From contig CAZNJE010000022.1 of the NCBI GenBank assembly GCA_964573295.1, positions 5,761 through 69,760 on the forward strand: 64,000 nucleotides of DNA, given 5' to 3'. The notes under the pieces are model-generated. The model was not told where the DNA came from and did no database searches. It saw nothing but the letters and a program-made list of their open reading frames with translations. The position numbers were made by a program, and so were the translations under genes. The stretch is from an uncultured bacterium. GTDB lineage: Bacteria > Eisenbacteria > RBG-16-71-46 > CAIMUX01 > WJJG01. This document shows, piece after piece, positions 12,030 to 19,518 of the stretch (positions are counted from its first letter, which is position 1; each line of letters starts with the position of its first letter).

Positions 12030-12653
12030 CTACCAGCGCCACCCTACACCCAGGCGCATGGACAGTCCCTGTGCGTGCGTGTCGGCGCCTTCGACCGGCG
12101 CGGGGATCCCGTCCAGTGTCACGTCGAAGCTCTGCAGGTGCGCGTCGACGAAGGCATCCCCCATCGAGAGCAGGACGAAGAGGCTCGTCCACCAGATGAA
12201 GTCGCGTCGGTGGCCCTTGTGCCGGTCTTCTTTGCGCTCGTAAAAGTCGGCCTGCTCCGGGTAGTCCCGCTGCTTGTCGCGATACTCGTGCACCATGCGG
12301 TCCTCGAAGTGGAGCCGCTCGATCATCGCTCCCTCGATGCCCGCAACCAGAATCGCTTTCCACCACATGCCGTTCTTGGCCTGCCCCCAGCCCGGAATCA
12401 CCAAAGAGCGCAACGCCACCCACGTAGGCGCATCAAATGTCCCCTGGGACGAGGCGTCAGGGTGGGGCTCTGCTGCCTCTTCGCCCGCAGGGGACCGCGG
12501 CCCCGGCTGCTGGGTCTGCGCATCAGGGCCGGGGTCGGTCTGTTCCGGGCGCATGACCGGTTCTGGGTCTGCTTGATCCTCCTGGCCATGCACCGACCCG
12601 GCGCCTACGAGCAGTAGCGCCGGCAGGAACAGGATGGTGATCCACCTGGGCAA
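12030..12653 (-). CDS. Hypothetical exported or membrane protein
   Basis: A TTG start at 12653 is proposed, with GAGGG 7 nt upstream. A hydrophobic N-terminus (ITILFLPALLLVGAGSVHG) is followed by an acidic or Pro-rich segment. The C-terminus has W-rich TM-like segments (IPGWGQAKNGMWWKAILVAG). I do not recognise a family with confidence. Confidence 0.4.
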   Translation of the reverse strand: MPRWITILFLPALLLVGAGSVHGQEDQADPEPVMRPEQTDPGPDAQTQQPGPRSPAGEEAAEPHPDASSQGTFDAPTWVALRSLVIPGWGQAKNGMWWKAILVAGIEGAMIERLHFEDRMVHEYRDKQRDYPEQADFYERKEDRHKGHRRDFIWWTSLFVLLSMGDAFVDAHLQSFDVTLDGIPAPVEGADTHAQGLSMRLGVGWRW

Positions 12654-12671
12654 ATCTTCGCCCTCAATCGT

Positions 12672-12717
12672 GAGGGGTGACTCGGCGCCAATCCGGGCGT
12701 CACGCGAGTCACCCCTC
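12672..12717 (-). terminator. Stem-loop (13-bp perfect inverted repeat GAGGGGTGACTCG/CGAGTCACCCCTC, 20-nt loop) immediately 3' of the tRNA-Sec
   Basis: The inverted repeat is seen directly in the sequence. No U-tract follows, so it may be a processing or termination structure and not a classic intrinsic terminator. Confidence 0.35.
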
Positions 12718-12725
12718 GATAAGCT

Positions 12726-12822
12726 GGCGGGAACGTGTGGGAATCGAACCCACCCTGGACGTGCACGACGCCCAACACAGGCTTTGAAGGCCCGGGAGCC
12801 CACCAGGACCCATTCGCTCCCT
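12726..12822 (-). tRNA. selC: tRNA-Sec (anticodon UCA), selC-like, 97 nt including encoded CCA
   Basis: The reverse complement folds exactly like E. coli selC. It has an 8-nt acceptor GGGAGCGA/ACGTTCCC. A 2-nt linker and a 6-bp D-stem GGGTCC/GGGCTC with 4-nt loop TGGT follow. The anticodon stem CGGGC/GCCTG has loop CUUCAAA, identical to the selC loop, giving anticodon UCA. A 24-nt variable stem-loop GGGCGT/ACGTCC follows. The T-arm is GTGGG-TTCGATT-CCCAC. G73 and CCA end the molecule. Confidence 0.7.
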
Positions 12823-12902
12823 GATTCGTAACTCGAATACGCGCAACAGCATAAGGAATTCGGCCCTGGGTGTCAACGCGCCCGCGCGATGAACCTGCAC
12901 GA

Positions 12903-14582
12903 TCAGGGCGTTTCCGATCTCTCCGGCTCGGCCAGGGCACGCTGGGCCCGCAGGCGAACTTCCGGATGGGCATCAGCGTCCTCGATCACCGACTCGTATA
13001 GGGTGCGGGCGTCCGCCTGCTTGCCGCCCACAGCCAGCGTGGCGGCAACGTTGCAGCGCAGCATCGGATGAGATCCCTGAAATCGCTTCCATCCCCCGGC
13101 CCAGGCGATCAGCTTACCGATCTCATCGTGAAGGCCCTGGCGACCCATGCGGCCGGTGAGCTCGATCAAGAGGTCGTCGGCCGCCCCCAGGGAGGCGGCT
13201 TCCACCGCCAGGGCGGCTCCCTTCTGCCAGTCGCCTTGCGCCATCGCAAGCGTCGCGGTAATCCCCTTTACGGCCCAGGATTGCGGGTACGTCTTCGCAA
13301 GGGACTTGAGCTCGTCGACCCGGGTGACCCCCTGTCTCGGGAAGTCACCGTCCAGGAACAGATTCAGGTTCTCCATCCGGTTCGGGTTCGCCGCGATGGC
13401 CGCGCGGATCACCTCCCCGGCCTTTTCATGGTGCCCGGTGAACCACAGCAGCTGTCCGCGGCAGGCCAGCGTGGCCTCGCCCTCTGGATCGAGCTTCTCG
13501 AGGCGGGAGAGCGCCGCCTCGGCATCGGCGAACCGTTCGAGCGCGATGAGGGCGCGGCACCGGGCGGCCCGGACCTCGGCCTCGGCCGCACGGCCCTCCC
13601 CTGCCCGAGCCGGCGCGTCATTCTCGCCTTCCGCAGCCGCATCCGGCGCGACCTCCCCGCCTTCCGCAACCCGAGCCGGCTCGTCCTCCCCGGCTTCCGT
13701 AGTCCGAGTCCCAGTCTCTGCCTCTCGTTCTGCGGCCTCCCTCCCCTCCGCGGCGTCGCCACCGGGCCGGTTCGCCATCTTCTCCAGAGCGCGATCGGCC
13801 GCTTCCAGAGCCAGGCTGGGCTGTCCGTTGCGCAAATGGAACTCGGAGCGCTCGAGGTAGAAGTCCAGATCGCGCGGCTCGCTCTTCCAGGAATCGACGA
13901 TGACCTTCTCGTAGGCTTCCCGCGGGACGAAGGCCTTCTGCAGGTCATCCAGATCGCCCAGGAAGATTTCGACCATCTCCCCCAGGAAAGCCATGCGCTC
14001 GAGCACGACGGGGTGGTCATCCTGGATGGCCAGCGCATCTCGGTAACAAGCCTTGGCTCGCTCGAGTTCTCCCTTCCGCTCGGCCAGCCGGCCGCGCAAC
14101 AGATGCAGGTCCGCCTCCTCGCGAAGCGACGTCTCGAGTTCGGCCAGGACGGCCTCGGCCTTCTCCACCTGCCCGCGCTCGAGCAGGCACAGCCCGGTCA
14201 GCAGACGGGCCCGCTGGTCGGTCGGATCGATGTCGTGGACTTCGTGCAGGAGCGTCTCGGCATCCTCCCAAGCCTTGAGCGCGAGCGCTTCCTCCACCTT
14301 CGCTGCCAGTGGGGCCTTCTTCACGAGCGTGGCCAGCTCACCAGCCAGCGGATGGTCGGCATGTTCGGTAACGAACTGCCGCGCGTAGGCCGCCACCTGG
14401 GCGTGGGTGAGCCGATCGGGCCGGTGCCTGCGCCCCCATTGCTTCCACGCCTGCTTCGGCACCGGAATCCTCTCGGGTAGGCTACCGCCGCGGCGCCGCG
14501 CGGGATCGAGGCGATAGATTCGCCACGGTCCGACCGGCTCATAGCCGACGATCCGCTCGACCTGCTGACTGATCCAGCTCAT
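12903..14582 (-). CDS. TPR repeat-containing protein
   Basis: It has multiple TPR-like helical repeats. A central acidic, Ala/Glu-rich low-complexity segment is present. No catalytic motifs were recognised. Confidence 0.6.
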   Translation of the reverse strand: MSWISQQVERIVGYEPVGPWRIYRLDPARRRGGSLPERIPVPKQAWKQWGRRHRPDRLTHAQVAAYARQFVTEHADHPLAGELATLVKKAPLAAKVEEALALKAWEDAETLLHEVHDIDPTDQRARLLTGLCLLERGQVEKAEAVLAELETSLREEADLHLLRGRLAERKGELERAKACYRDALAIQDDHPVVLERMAFLGEMVEIFLGDLDDLQKAFVPREAYEKVIVDSWKSEPRDLDFYLERSEFHLRNGQPSLALEAADRALEKMANRPGGDAAEGREAAEREAETGTRTTEAGEDEPARVAEGGEVAPDAAAEGENDAPARAGEGRAAEAEVRAARCRALIALERFADAEAALSRLEKLDPEGEATLACRGQLLWFTGHHEKAGEVIRAAIAANPNRMENLNLFLDGDFPRQGVTRVDELKSLAKTYPQSWAVKGITATLAMAQGDWQKGAALAVEAASLGAADDLLIELTGRMGRQGLHDEIGKLIAWAGGWKRFQGSHPMLRCNVAATLAVGGKQADARTLYESVIEDADAHPEVRLRAQRALAEPERSETP

Positions 14583-14621
14583 GACACTCCCTGTGGTTCC
14601 AGGGCCTTCTAGCCCACGACG

Positions 14622-15017
14622 CTAGCCCACGACCGAAATGGCTTCGATCTCGACACGGCCGCCCTTGGGCAGCTGAGCGACCTGGAACGCGCTCCGTGCC
14701 GGATAGGGCGATTGAAAATAGCTCTGGTAGATCTCATTCATCGCCGCGAACTCTTCCATCGAAGCCAAGAAGACCGTGACTTTGAGGACCTGATCCATAC
14801 TCGAACCGCCGGCTTCCAGCACGTTCCTGAGGTTCTGTAAGGCGCGTTCGCACTCGGGCCCGATGCCGCCGGGCACGAGGGCACCGGTGGCCGGATCCAT
14901 GCCGAGCTGACCGGCGGTGAATAGTAGCTTGCCCACTTCGGCCGTCACGCCCTGGCTGTAGGGACCGATGGCCGCGGGTGCCTTGTCCGTCGAGATGGCC
15001 TGTTTCATCGCATTCAT
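14622..15017 (-). CDS. ridA: RidA family reactive-intermediate deaminase (YjgF/TdcF)
   Basis: The RidA fold is clear: ISTDKAPAAIGPYSQGV...FTAGQLGMDPATGALV...FLASMEEFAAMNEIYQSYF...PARSAFQVAQLPKGGRVEIEAI. Confidence 0.8.
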   Translation of the reverse strand: MNAMKQAISTDKAPAAIGPYSQGVTAEVGKLLFTAGQLGMDPATGALVPGGIGPECERALQNLRNVLEAGGSSMDQVLKVTVFLASMEEFAAMNEIYQSYFQSPYPARSAFQVAQLPKGGRVEIEAISVVG

Positions 15018-15272
15018 CCTCCATGTTGTCCGTGTCGCCTTGCGCTATCCGTGCACCTCACCGATTCGAGAACCGACGCGACGCCATTCCCGAAACCGAA
15101 CTACCCTACCACCCTTCGCGCCCCGGCGCACCTCCCCGAACGGTCTGGGCGCCGTCAGGAATCACCCGTGGCTGTGCCTCGGGTCGGTCCTGGCGGCGTC
15201 TCGGATCCGGCCCGGCTGCGGTCTCGGATCGGCCCTCGCCATGTCTCGAAGCAGGCTCGATTCCCCCTCGCT

Positions 15273-16856
15273 TCAGCCTCCCGGATGTTCCAGGAGATCG
15301 GCGACCTTGCGCACCCGCGCGCGCGCCCGTTGCGCTGTCGTGGCTTCGGCGATCAGGCGTACAATGGGTTCGGTGCCCGACGGGCGAATGTGGATCCACT
15401 CGTCCTCCCACGACCAGCGCAAACCGTCTTCGGTATTCTCAGGGACTCCGAAGGCGCCGAGCAGTTCCTCCCACAGATGCTCGCGTTCGGCGTCGCCGAG
15501 GGTGAGCTTCTCCTTCACCATGGCCCGTGCCGGGAGCGTCTTCCAGGCATCTCGCAGTCCACCGCGGCCCTTCCGGCCGGCCGAACCGTAGCTGGTCTCG
15601 AGCTGCAGCAGCAGCGCGGCCGCGACACCGGCATCCCGTCCCAGGTGTACGGCCGGGTCGATCACGCCACCGTTGCCTTCGCCTCCGAAACGCGCCTCCT
15701 CGACCAGCATGCACGAGACGACATTGGCTTCTCCCACCGGAGCACGGCGTACCGTGCAGTCGTAGCGGGAGGCGACGATCTCGAGCCACGCCGAGGTCGA
15801 GAGATTCGTCACTAGCGTGCCACGCATACCGCCCTCGAGCCGCGCCATCGCGCACAGCGGCAGCGTGCCCTCTTCGCCAACCGTGTCCTCCGGAAGGACG
15901 AAAGCGCAACGATCGCCATCGGGGTCCGATGCGAATCCAAAGTCGGCGCCTTCGGCCCGTACGCGCTCGCGCAGCGGCTCGAGCATCTCCCGCCGTGGTT
16001 CCGGATGGGCGGGCAGCGCCCCATTCGGTTCACCGTGGATCCAAATGCTTTGGACTCCCAGTTCCTCGAGCAGGGGCGCGATCAACACCTGCCCGGCACC
16101 GTGGACCATGTCGGCGACCACCTTCAGCTTCGATGCGCGGATGCGCTCGGTGTCGATCGTGGCGGTGATCAGATCGATATGGCGCGCGATGGCTTCGGCG
16201 CCCGCGGGCGTGGTTGGAGCCGATTCATCGGATGGGGTCGCCGTACCTGACGAAGCCGAAGTGTTCACCGCCGCGGCACTCGCGGTCGAGACATTCACCG
16301 CCGCGGCACTCGCCGCTGAGGCATTCGACTCTGAGGCATTCGACTCTGAGGCATTCGCCTCTGCGGTGTCGCCGGCAAGGAAATGGTCCAGCAGGGGCCG
16401 CATCCGTGTCCGGTCCAGAAAGCGCCCATCGGGCCCCACGAACTTGAGCGCGTTCCAGGCCGGGGGATTGTGGCTGGCGGTGATGATGATGCCGCCGACC
16501 GCGTCTCCGTGTTCAACGGCCACCTGGACGGTCGGGGTCGGCACGATCCCCAGGTCCGTCACCTGACAGCCCCGCTCTTCGAGAACTCTTCGGGCAGCCG
16601 TCGCGAAAAGGGGCCCGCTGGGCCGGGAGTCGCGGCCCAGCACGACCGTCCCGCAACCGACCACGCTCGCAAACGCCGCGGCCAAGCGCCGCGCCACCGA
16701 TTCATCCAGCCCGTCCCCCACGATCCCACGAGCGCCCGAGACGCTCAGCACCAGCGTTGGCACGATGTCAGCCTCCTCATCACGCAGAACCGGTTTCTCT
16801 CCGTCCAGATTGCTCTCGGAATCCCCTATCCAATCACGCGCCCTGCCGCAGCGCAA
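15273..16856 (-). CDS. glmM: Phosphoglucosamine mutase / phosphohexomutase (GlmM-like) carrying a ~55-aa Ala/Ser/Asn low-complexity insertion
   Basis: The active-site loop GIIITASHNPPAWNALKF is present. The N-terminus reads SGARGIVG, matching the GTDGIRG motif. The C-terminal domain 4 is present. The start codon is uncertain. The insertion FLAGDTAEANASESNASESNASAASAAAVNVSTASAAAVNTSASS... is encoded by tandem DNA repeats at 16262-16360. Confidence 0.7.
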   Translation of the reverse strand: MRCGRARDWIGDSESNLDGEKPVLRDEEADIVPTLVLSVSGARGIVGDGLDESVARRLAAAFASVVGCGTVVLGRDSRPSGPLFATAARRVLEERGCQVTDLGIVPTPTVQVAVEHGDAVGGIIITASHNPPAWNALKFVGPDGRFLDRTRMRPLLDHFLAGDTAEANASESNASESNASAASAAAVNVSTASAAAVNTSASSGTATPSDESAPTTPAGAEAIARHIDLITATIDTERIRASKLKVVADMVHGAGQVLIAPLLEELGVQSIWIHGEPNGALPAHPEPRREMLEPLRERVRAEGADFGFASDPDGDRCAFVLPEDTVGEEGTLPLCAMARLEGGMRGTLVTNLSTSAWLEIVASRYDCTVRRAPVGEANVVSCMLVEEARFGGEGNGGVIDPAVHLGRDAGVAAALLLQLETSYGSAGRKGRGGLRDAWKTLPARAMVKEKLTLGDAEREHLWEELLGAFGVPENTEDGLRWSWEDEWIHIRPSGTEPIVRLIAEATTAQRARARVRKVADLLEHPGG

Positions 16857-16990
16857 GAAGCAGGGCGCGTGATGGCTGGACCGCCATTCGCCGGTTCCTT
16901 CCTCGCACAGGGGGGGCTAGTCTCGTGTGGGGGGTAAATCTCGTGAGCGGTGCCGATTCTTGCGCTCACATCCGAGCAGGTGAGGAACCC

Positions 16991-17638
16991 ATGCCCAGGA
17001 CGGAATCCTTCGAGCGCCACGTGGATCGCTACGACACATGGTTCGAACGTAACCGAAGCCTCCATCAAGCCGAGCTGGCGGCCGTCCGGGCGCTCATGCC
17101 CACTGCGCCGGGCATGAGCGTGGAAGTCGGTGTCGGGACGGGCCAGTTCGCCGCCCCGCTCTCGATCGGGACGGGCATCGAGCCCTCGGCGGCCATGGCG
17201 GCCCTGGCCCGGGCGCGCGGGATCCGAGTGTGCCGGGGCGTTGCCGAAGGCCTTCCTTTCGCAAACAACAGCTTCGCCCTTGTGCTCATGGTCACGGTCA
17301 TCTGCTTCGTGGATAACCCACTCCAGTCCCTACGGGAAGCCTACCGCACGCTGCGCCCGGGAGGCGATTTGCTCGTGGGATTCATCGATCGCAACAGCGA
17401 GCTGGGACAGGCCTACCAGGCGAGCGCTCGGACCAGCGACTTCTACCGCGACGCGCGCTTCGTCTCGGGAAGAGCTGTTGCGCGGCTGTTCCGAGATGCG
17501 GGATTCGGTGAGGTGCGTTTCAAGCAAACATTGATGCCGCGCCAAGCCCCTCTATCCCTGCGTGATGGCTTCGGGCAGGGAGCATTCGTGGTGGGACGAG
17601 GGACGAAGCTGCCTCAAGAAACCACGCCGGTGGCGTGA
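16991..17638 (+). CDS. Class I SAM-dependent methyltransferase (Methyltransf_11-like)
   Basis: The ATG at 16991 is preceded by GAGGAA. Motif I is SVEVGVGTGQFAAPL. The post-I acidic residue and LRPGGDLLVGF (motif-II-like) are present. Confidence 0.75.
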   Translation: MPRTESFERHVDRYDTWFERNRSLHQAELAAVRALMPTAPGMSVEVGVGTGQFAAPLSIGTGIEPSAAMAALARARGIRVCRGVAEGLPFANNSFALVLMVTVICFVDNPLQSLREAYRTLRPGGDLLVGFIDRNSELGQAYQASARTSDFYRDARFVSGRAVARLFRDAGFGEVRFKQTLMPRQAPLSLRDGFGQGAFVVGRGTKLPQETTPVA

Positions 17639-17679
17639 TACGTGTGAGCAACGTAGCGGCCGGCTCCGGTTGCTACCGC

Positions 17680-17689
17680 TTCTGCTACC
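17680..17689. repeat. Left copy of the 10-bp direct repeat TTCTGCTACC flanking the hicBA islet (an additional TTGCTACC copy at 17670-17677)
   Basis: Identical 10-mers lie at 17680-17689 and 18646-18655. The ~960 bp between them has visibly lower GC than its surroundings. Confidence 0.5.
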
Positions 17690-17824
17690 GTACTATGGTC
17701 AATCGGGTTCACTAGTGTCCACCGGTGTTCATAGGGCAGCCTGGCTCTGGCATCTGGCTCTGGCATAAGGAGAAGCCCGCAACCGAACTCGAGGCGCAGA
17801 GCGAAGCCGACAGGAGCAGAGACG

Positions 17825-18056
17825 TTACAGCACTCCCTTTGGAAGATTGAAGCGGCGGACCAGAGCCGAGATGATGCCAACAGAGATTACTGCCTTGCGC
17901 CCATGGACTGGAATGGGAATCGACGCGGCCCTCCCATGAATGTCTGGGTGGTATACCACCACGTGGCTCCCTTTTCCACGATTAGCCCAAAACTCGAAGC
18001 GTTGATCGTGCTTTGCGAGTTTCTTTTGCAGCTGCCTGAAAGTGTAGCTCTTAGGC
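17825..18056 (-). CDS. hicA: Type II toxin-antitoxin system HicA-family toxin (mRNA interferase)
   Basis: The ATG is at 18056 (MPKSYTFRQLQKKLAKHDQRFEFWANRGKGSHVVVYHPDIHGRAASIPIPVHGRKAVISVGII...). It has the HicA signature G-x-GSH...H-P....IP.HG.K.I..G. It is 77 aa and overlaps the hicB stop by 6 nt. Confidence 0.75.
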
Positions 18057-18398
18057 ATTTGCCTCTGCGAAGTTGAGTTTCCGCGGCTGCGGCACTGGGA
18101 TGTTGGCCAGCTGGAAACCTGCCTCCTGGTGCGTGTGTGGGAATGAAGCAAGGATCTCCCTTGAGATCTGCTCGAATATGGCGAACAACTCGGGTGGAGC
18201 TGGATGGCTCAGCAGCTCCGACTGATCCTGACGATACGCAAAGCTAACCTGAAGAGCAATGGCATCCTTCAGCTCGTCAAGAGCAGCCTCGAAACTCCGT
18301 CCTTCTCCGATTAGATCCATCTCCAGGCAGTGAGCAGTCCATTTGCGACCTTGCTTATACCCAAGCACACGCAAATTGAGGTTCACCTTGTTGGACAT
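18051..18398 (-). CDS. hicB: Type II toxin-antitoxin system HicB-family antitoxin (UPF0150-like N-domain)
   Basis: The ATG is at 18398 (MSNKVNLNLRVLGYKQGRKWTAHCLEMDLIGEGRSFEAALDELKDAIALQVSF...). This is the HicB N-terminal RNase-H-like fold pattern. It lies immediately upstream of and overlapping hicA. Confidence 0.7.
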   Translation of the reverse strand: MSNKVNLNLRVLGYKQGRKWTAHCLEMDLIGEGRSFEAALDELKDAIALQVSFAYRQDQSELLSHPAPPELFAIFEQISREILASFPHTHQEAGFQLANIPVPQPRKLNFAEANA

Positions 18399-18645
18399 TC
18401 GTCCCACTGTGCTGCCCCCTAGCCTTGGACGGCGCAGACGCCCCTTGCTGCTACCAACATCGACATTCTTGTTACGCATAGCTCTCCATCAAAGCGAAGC
18501 ATAGCACAATGGCCTGGACCTGCAGGGGAGCAACCAATATCTTCTTCGGTCGCCCCGCGGCCCCTCCCGATAGAAAATACCTCTGACCGCTGCGCAATGT
18601 TCATAGCCGGAATGCACCGCAGTCCACCTGCTCCACGTGCTGCCA

Positions 18646-18655
18646 TTCTGCTACC
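18646..18655. repeat. Right copy of the 10-bp direct repeat TTCTGCTACC (followed by TTTGCTACC at 18658-18666)
   Basis: See the left copy at 17680-17689. Confidence 0.5.
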
Positions 18656-18819
18656 AGTTTGCTACCAGTTTGCTGACAGAACCAAGGGAAATCACGTTGA
18701 ATCACGAGGAACCAGGGCGACACCGCCGCCTGCTTGCCTGCTCCCTTTGCGCCCGCGCAACTCATTGCAGGTCAGCGCAATAGCAAAGGGCGACGCCACT
18801 TCTGACGCCGCCCTCACGG

Positions 18820-18892
18820 AGCCGATGCGCGGACTCGAACCGCGGACCTGCTCATTACGAATGAGCTGCTCTACCAGCTGAGCTACATCGGC
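18820..18892 (-). tRNA. tRNA-Thr (anticodon CGU)
   Basis: The reverse complement is GCCGATGTAGCTCAGCTGGTAGAGCAGCTCATTCGTAATGAGCAGGTCCGCGGTTCGAGTCCGCGCATCGGCT. It forms a cloverleaf with anticodon loop UUCGUAA. CCA is not encoded. Confidence 0.85.
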
Positions 18893-18937
18893 AGGGAGCC
18901 CCCCGGACTCTCTCGAGCCCGAGGGGCATCCAGATCC

Positions 18938-19010
18938 TGTGGTGCCCCCCAGAGTCGAACTGGGGACCCCCAGATTTTCAGTCTAGTGCTCTACCAACTG
19001 AGCTAGGGCA
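18938..19010 (-). tRNA. tRNA-Phe (anticodon GAA)
   Basis: The reverse complement is GGTGCCCTAGCTCAGTTGGTAGAGCACTAGACTGAAAATCTGGGGGTCCCCAGTTCGACTCTGGGGGGCACCA. The anticodon loop is CUGAAAA. CCA is not encoded. Confidence 0.9.
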
Positions 19011-19055
19011 CCACATAATGCAAGAGCGGAGATTAAGATAACCTCCCTCGCAAGG

Positions 19056-19445
19056 TCAACCCACATTTTCATGCCGGCGTGTCGGTTCGGCGATCACCCG
19101 TTCCACGCAGCGCGCCAGCGCCAAGGGGTCGGATGACTTGGTCAACACCGCCCGCGCACCCCAGCAACCGAAGTCGTCGCAACAGTCCCAGGCCGCGGTG
19201 TGGATCACGACCGGCAGGTCGGCATCCAGCGACAAGATCCGGCCCAGAAGATCGACGCCACGCATGTCCGGCAAGCTCGAATCCAGCACGACCGCCACCG
19301 GCCGCCGGCCCCGCTCCATCGCTCTCAGGGCACCCCGGCCCGTGCCGACCCCGTGCACCGCGTAGCCGGCCCGCTTGAGACCGGCCGCGAAATGCGCCCT
19401 CGACTTCGGATCCCGGTCCACCAGCAGAATCTTGCCCCCAAGCAC
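19056..19445 (-). CDS. Single-domain response regulator (CheY-like receiver)
   Basis: A GTG start at 19445 is proposed, with AGGGAGG 6 nt upstream. The receiver motifs are KILLVDRD...LDSSLPDMRGVDLL...PVVIHTA. The long 5' part of the 249-aa ORF is likely not translated. Confidence 0.65.
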   Translation of the reverse strand: MLGGKILLVDRDPKSRAHFAAGLKRAGYAVHGVGTGRGALRAMERGRRPVAVVLDSSLPDMRGVDLLGRILSLDADLPVVIHTAAWDCCDDFGCWGARAVLTKSSDPLALARCVERVIAEPTRRHENVG

Positions 19446-19518
19446 TGGCTGCCTCCCTCGCTCTCGCGCTCTCGTCGTCGCGGTTCGGTTCGGTTCGGTT
19501 TGCTGCGCCCCCAGGGGC

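Noticed and set aside
12726-12822. Alternative reading of the tRNA as tRNA-Leu(CAA)
   Set aside because: Shifting the anticodon-loop register by one gives CAA. That register, however, requires an atypical stem. The 8/5 acceptor/T stems, the 6-bp/4-nt D-arm, the 97-nt length and a loop identical to selC favour tRNA-Sec. This is kept as a caveat.
16214-16447. 77-aa plus-strand ORF with PRHS/LRHS peptide repeats
   Set aside because: It is antisense read-through of the tandem DNA repeats inside the GlmM-like gene. This is a repeat artefact.
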